Assembly (NCBI RefSeq): GCF_006345805.1
Contig: NC_043005.1
Span: 45,942,001-46,006,000, forward strand
Source: Octopus sinensis
Taxonomy: Eukaryota
Reading direction: 5' to 3'
Length of the DNA: 64,000 bases
The notes under the pieces were generated by a model. It saw only the letters and a program-made list of their open reading frames with translations. It was not told the DNA's origin and did no database searches. Below are positions 62,361-64,000 of the stretch, one piece after another. The first letter of the stretch is position 1, and every line of letters starts with the position of its first letter. The position numbers were made by a program, and so were the translations under genes.

Positions 62361-64000
62361 AGGCGGCAAGCTGGCAGAATTGTTAGCACGCCGGGCGGAA
62401 TGCTTAACGGCATTTCGCCCGTCTTCACGTTCTGAGTTCAAATTCTGCAGGGGTCGACTTTGCCATTCATTGGGTCGATAAATTAAGTAACAGTGAAACA
62501 CTGGGGTCGATGTAATCGACTAGTCCACTCCCCCAAAATTTCAAAGCTTTGTGCCTTCAGTAGAAAGTACTACTACTACTACTACTACTACTATTACTAC
62601 TTTGCCACGCCTCAACAGGACGGTTGCAAGTTTTCACTTTGCAACTATTTCAGCTATAATCTAGAAGAGCTATATTACAGAAGAGAACTAGTGTCTGGTT
62701 CACTCACATTTTGTCGCAAATTACAAAACACGTTGAAACTGAACGACAGATCATTTCGCCGTATTTTATTTTCCGCCAGTTTCTCATACCAGATATCTTA
62801 TTTTCTCTTCTCGTCTTTTTGAAACCTCGGTGATATTTGACTCTCAGAAGAATTTTAATTCACGACTAATATCTGCACCTTACTTCCAGCAATACATTTT
62901 ACTCAAATTTTGGTTTATTAATTTTGTAAATGGAACGTTTTTTTAATATATATCTGCCAGAAAATTATACATTTTCTGCTTATCCTACCGTCTCAATGAC
63001 ACATTACACAATGAAATCGCTGATATAAAAAAGTATTGAGGTGGGGGGGGGCATATCTGGGATGTCTATGATATATCTGCTCAAATACGACCAATTTGGT
63101 GTTAAACTACGGAAACAACGATTCTTTAATAGACAATAATATTTTCGCAATTTTCTAATAACGAATGAAACAACTGTTAGAATATCGAGAAAGCTCGGAT
63201 GACATTGGAACTCAAAAGAAGTAAAGAAAGAACGGTTTGAAAGAATCAACAGACAAATTTCTGCTGAGAAACGCTCGGTTCCCTTAACAAAAAGTTGTTT
63301 CTAATTCTTTATTATAACAGCGACCTCCAAAACTATACAAACAAATTCTCCACAGTAAAGAAAACAGCAGTATGAAAAATAACAGATGTGAGCGAGATTT
63401 AAGTTTATATTTGATACCGCAGCGGCAGCAGCATGTGATGATTAAGCAGAAGGAAAAATAAATAAATGCACGTGAAATAAAAAAAATTTATCTAGACACG
63501 CGAAGTAATTGTCAAATAGTCTATATTTACTTCACCTATTTTGCACCAGTCAAGAAACTAGTTATTGTGTCAAGGGTCATTATATATATATAATTTACGT
63601 CGTTTATTCTATCTGGCTTCCGAAATACTTTTTATATAAAAGTACTATTTCTGAGATTTGGGGGGAAAATAAACAAAACATCAGCTACGTTCGGTAAACA
63701 TCGATGTTTTCCGCGATCGATGACAGATATGGTCGATTTTCATCGGATAATGAAGTGAGAAAGACCCTAAAAGACTTAGAAAATAGGACATTAGACTTCA
63801 GCTTCTTCTCAAAGAGTAGTGGGCGGAAGTGAATAGTCCTTCAAGATTTCGAATGTTATGTAAACAACATCTTCGTCAAAGATGTTATATGTAACACACA
63901 CACACATATATAACACACACACACATATATATATGTATATATACATATATATATACATATATTTATTATATATATATATATTATATATATATATATGTAT

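Noticed and set aside
62172-62822. Poly-I/M/V and poly-Y ORFs (similar cases at 55425-55802 and 58085-58524)
   Set aside because: Microsatellite translation artefacts.
63704-63832. 42-aa ORF with RFSSDNEVRK resembling a mariner C-terminus
   Set aside because: Similarity is too short and no TIR was found; left unassigned.

Overview
This is AT-rich, repeat-dense eukaryotic DNA. It is most likely octopod cephalopod (Octopus-like), inferred from the tRNA-headed SINE families, abundant (AT)n/(CA)n/(TATG)n microsatellites and an RTE/CR1/Tx1 plus mariner/hAT/Merlin/Helitron repertoire. I found no intact protein-coding gene, rRNA, true tRNA or CRISPR array. Nearly all ORFs in the track are spurious, microsatellite-derived or transposon remnants. 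The left ~27 kb is strongly CpG-depleted, including in its old SINE copies, while the right ~37 kb is CpG-rich. That suggests a methylated gene body ending near 27 kb, but only weak, unassignable exon candidates are visible. The most interesting signals are three unrelated hammerhead-ribozyme (HHR)-like motifs. (1) A type I HHR with a complete core sits at the apex of a ~390-bp long-inverted-repeat element (3564-3950). (2) A 2.2-copy ~824-bp tandem insertion in (AT)n (19088-20886) has junctions carrying all HHR core nucleotides in a non-canonical strand order, and the predicted cleavage site coincides exactly with the insertion's 5' end. (3) A minimal Penelope-type HHR variant lies at 35572-35607. 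All family assignments come from motif recognition by eye, no database search was run, and most repeat boundaries are approximate unless a TSD or TIR is quoted.
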